Assembly: GCA_000175855.1 (NCBI GenBank)
Contig: ACYB01000031.1
Location: 30,001-62,000 of the forward strand
DNA from: Raphidiopsis brookii D9
Lineage (GTDB): Bacteria; Cyanobacteriota; Cyanobacteriia; Cyanobacteriales; Nostocaceae
DNA length: 32,000 nt
Reading direction: 5' to 3'
The position numbers and the translations under genes are program-made. Shown here piece by piece: positions 29,678-32,000 of this stretch. Positions within the stretch are counted from its first letter, which is position 1. Each line of letters begins with the position of its first letter. The notes beneath the pieces are model-generated. The model saw nothing but the letters and a program-made list of their open reading frames with translations, did not search any database and was not told where the DNA came from.

Positions 29678-30715
29678 CTAATCTGTTTCCTGAATCTGTA
29701 GTCTAATAGTATGGTCAGTAGCACCATTAAGTTTGATTTCCATCATTTCACCACCTAGGGGTTCAATACAACCAAGCAGAGAACGTAAATTAGGTGTACT
29801 TGCGCCCGTATCAACATATAATCTATCAGCCAAATTACTAATTCGTTTCCAGACCAAATACAACTTAGCTATATTTTGCTCCATCTGAGACGCTTGATTC
29901 ACCAAGTCAGCAGCAACACTTAAACACCCAACTCTTTGTGCTTCTTCCAAAGCAATTTCAATATCCACATTCTCCTCTGCTAACGCTTGAACTTGAGCTG
30001 CTGATTTGAGATATCTAGCTAACTGTCTAGCCTCTGTTGTTGCCTGCTTTAAAGTATCCACATCAGGACTCACCTCTATTTCTCTTTGTAAGACCTTCTG
30101 ATGTGATTCTGGTAGTTTCTCCATTTCCTTAACTAAGGGAGCTATATATCTAGCAGGAAGGCTATTATCTGCAGCTTTCTCCCTCACTGGTGTGGGTAAT
30201 AATTCTGAGGACATGGCAGTCCATTCATCAGTCAATTGACGAACTTCTCGACGAGTAATGCGATCGCCTTTTTGAGCTGCTTCACTGACCATTTGCTGTA
30301 CCTCTGGGGTTGCTTTAGCAGTTTCCACAAAAGCCCGTTTGCTAAAATTATTGACTTTACCGGGGTCGAGCTTACCATCTTGTATTAAGGTATCAGCACT
30401 ATTAGCCAGTTGAATCCATTGATATGCTTGACTTTTGCTAATTTCCCTTTCTTTTAACCATTGGATAAACCCAGTTCCCCTGCTGTCTCCACCTTTTTTT
30501 TCCCGGTCACGGATGGCACGTAAAATCCGACCCCGCCAGATTTCTGTCTGGAGGTCAAAACGGTCACATACCTGCCAAACTACCTCTAACCTCTCTAAAA
30601 AGTCAGTTTCGTCAATTTCTTCATCTTCTGGATCTGGTATTTCAAAGTCTAAATCCACAGGTTGTTGCAGTACAGCTGCAAGGTTATTCATAGGGTCGGT
30701 ATCTTGCACGATCAA
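29678..30715 (-). CDS. conserved-looking protein of unknown function, acidic N-terminus, possible HTH and coiled-coil regions
   Basis: Long intact ORF with organised sequence ('ISKSQAYQWIQLANSADTLI', 'DRITRREVRQLTDEW', long helical C-terminal half); no family assigned with certainty. Confidence 0.7.
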   Translation of the reverse strand: MIVQDTDPMNNLAAVLQQPVDLDFEIPDPEDEEIDETDFLERLEVVWQVCDRFDLQTEIWRGRILRAIRDREKKGGDSRGTGFIQWLKEREISKSQAYQWIQLANSADTLIQDGKLDPGKVNNFSKRAFVETAKATPEVQQMVSEAAQKGDRITRREVRQLTDEWTAMSSELLPTPVREKAADNSLPARYIAPLVKEMEKLPESHQKVLQREIEVSPDVDTLKQATTEARQLARYLKSAAQVQALAEENVDIEIALEEAQRVGCLSVAADLVNQASQMEQNIAKLYLVWKRISNLADRLYVDTGASTPNLRSLLGCIEPLGGEMMEIKLNGATDHTIRLQIQETD

Positions 30716-30820
30716 TAAATATGGATAAAATTTACGTATATTTGGAAATTATAGCTGACAATGTTGTCAAAATTTTCGAGCCTAGGAAAATAGAAAGTAT
30801 CAAAACGCGACTAAACAAAA

Positions 30821-31807
30821 ATGAATCAGATCAACTATTTACGTATTAGTTTAATAGATCGCTGTAATTTTCGTTGTCTCTACTGTATGCCAAATGATAC
30901 AGAATTAAACCATATTCTCAAAAAACAACTATTAACCAATGATGAACTATTAACCCTAATTCAAGACGTATTTATTCCTGTGGGATTTAACCGGTTTCGT
31001 TTAACTGGTGGTGAACCCTTACTCCGTCCCGGGGTGGTGGACTTGGTAAATAAAATTGCCCATCTCCCCCCAAACCCAAGATTTATCCATGACCACCAAT
31101 GGTTTTTATTAGCGCCCTTGGCACAGGATCTCTATAATGCAGGACTAACCAGAATTAACATTAGTTTAGACTCCCTTAACCCCAATACCTTTAATTTAAT
31201 TATTGGAGATCATAGTCCTCATGGTTGGGAACAAGTTTGGCATGGTATTCAATCCGCTTACAAGGTTGGATTTAACCCCTTAAAGTTAAATGTAGTGGTC
31301 ATTCCAGGTATCAATGACCATGAAATTCTCAACCTAGCTGCTCTAACCCTGGACAAAAACTGGCATGTTAGGTTCATTGAATTTATGCCCATTGGTAACA
31401 CCTCTCTGTTTAGCGATCGCGGTTGGGTATCTTCCGCACAATTACGAGATCAGATTGGTCAGCGTTGGGGTTTGACAGAATCACAGGTTCGTGGTAATGG
31501 ACCTGCGGATGTATTTCAAATTCCCGGAGCCAAGGGAACCCTAGGTTTTATCAGCCAGATGTCTGAATGCTTTTGTGATCGCTGTAACCGGCTGCGTCTT
31601 TCCGCTGATGGTTGGTTGCGTCCTTGTTTATTGAATGAATCTGGACAAATAGACCTAAAAACAGCCCTGCGATCGGGTCAGACCATGGGGGAGTTACAAC
31701 AACAAGTAGGGGAGCTATTACACCTGAAGTCAGAAATTAACTTTAAAGAGAGGAACCCGGGTACAATTGGCACTTACAGTCGTACCATGTCCCAAATTGG
31801 GGGATAG
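30821..31807 (+). CDS. moaA: GTP 3',8-cyclase MoaA, with an apparent pair of compensating frameshifts
   Basis: Radical SAM '[12 protein letters not shown]', '[14 protein letters not shown]', 'RINISLDSL', C-terminal cluster '[23 protein letters not shown]', 'MSQIGG'; expected MTTNG segment is encoded in another frame. Confidence 0.92.
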   Translation: MNQINYLRISLIDRCNFRCLYCMPNDTELNHILKKQLLTNDELLTLIQDVFIPVGFNRFRLTGGEPLLRPGVVDLVNKIAHLPPNPRFIHDHQWFLLAPLAQDLYNAGLTRINISLDSLNPNTFNLIIGDHSPHGWEQVWHGIQSAYKVGFNPLKLNVVVIPGINDHEILNLAALTLDKNWHVRFIEFMPIGNTSLFSDRGWVSSAQLRDQIGQRWGLTESQVRGNGPADVFQIPGAKGTLGFISQMSECFCDRCNRLRLSADGWLRPCLLNESGQIDLKTALRSGQTMGELQQQVGELLHLKSEINFKERNPGTIGTYSRTMSQIGG

Positions 31808-31884
31808 AGTAGGATCAGCACCAAAACTACTTAGTAGGATATAGGATAAGTAGTTTTGGATAGACTCAAAAGCCAAAAGGCAAA

Positions 31885-32000
31885 TTATGCCTGACGTGAA
31901 TAGTATTCCACAACGAGCAGTTCATTCACCTGCAGTGCCACCCATTCCCGCTCAATCACACCATTGACCTTACCAGTCAACTTGTTCTTATCGAATTCCA
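31885..32000 (-). CDS. rpsD: 30S ribosomal protein S4, C-terminal 37 codons (partial, gene continues beyond window)
   Basis: Minus-strand translation '[37 protein letters not shown]' resembles the S4 C-terminus of cyanobacteria; absent from supplied ORF track. Confidence 0.85.
   Translation of the reverse strand, partial: EFDKNKLTGKVNGVIEREWVALQVNELLVVEYYSRQA

Noticed and set aside
1-32000. Search for a novel multi-gene system (defence island, RM, toxin-antitoxin, BGC, retron, phage)
   Set aside because: Nearly all long ORFs match housekeeping or cyanobacterial core families; no supportable candidate system. tRNA/rRNA genes were also not evident by eye, though covariance-model scans were not possible.

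Overview
This 32 kb window looks like ordinary chromosomal core sequence from a filamentous cyanobacterium. Evidence: 16 exact HIP1 octamers (GCGATCGC), a psaM gene missing from the ORF track, NtcB-like, PerR-like and RppA-like regulators, and a cyanobacterial-type rpsD end. A Nostocales assignment (Raphidiopsis/Cylindrospermopsis-like) is inference only. Recognisable content: HisKA-like protein; D-ribulose/FGGY kinase; psaM; OmpR-type regulator; hisG; PerR/Fur regulator divergent from a type II peroxiredoxin, with gor and an ABC exporter; ureidoglycolate-lyase-like gene; LysR (NtcB-like) with a TrpD2-like gene; panD; ppa; secreted protein and trypsin-like protease; DUF362; aspA; bioD; yebC; tatC; soluble lytic transglycosylase; a secreted DUF; UbiH-like monooxygenase; pstS-pstC-pstA-pstB; phhB-like dehydratase; conserved coiled-coil/HTH-like protein; moaA; and the 3' end of rpsD. 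I found no convincing novel defence, mobile or biosynthetic system. The most notable signals are: (1) probable homopolymer frameshifts in three genes, including a compensating +1/-1 pair in moaA that replaces the expected DLSMTTNG segment; (2) a frame conflict at the pstA start over a 12-bp tandem repeat; (3) a seven-unit, 11-bp-period Pho-box-like array before pstS; (4) a perfect 7-1-7 Fur/PerR-type palindrome between perR-like and peroxiredoxin genes; (5) a decayed MerR/IS607-type helix-turn-helix relic with an AATT duplication; (6) a histidine-kinase-like protein with an apparently degenerate ATP-binding domain.
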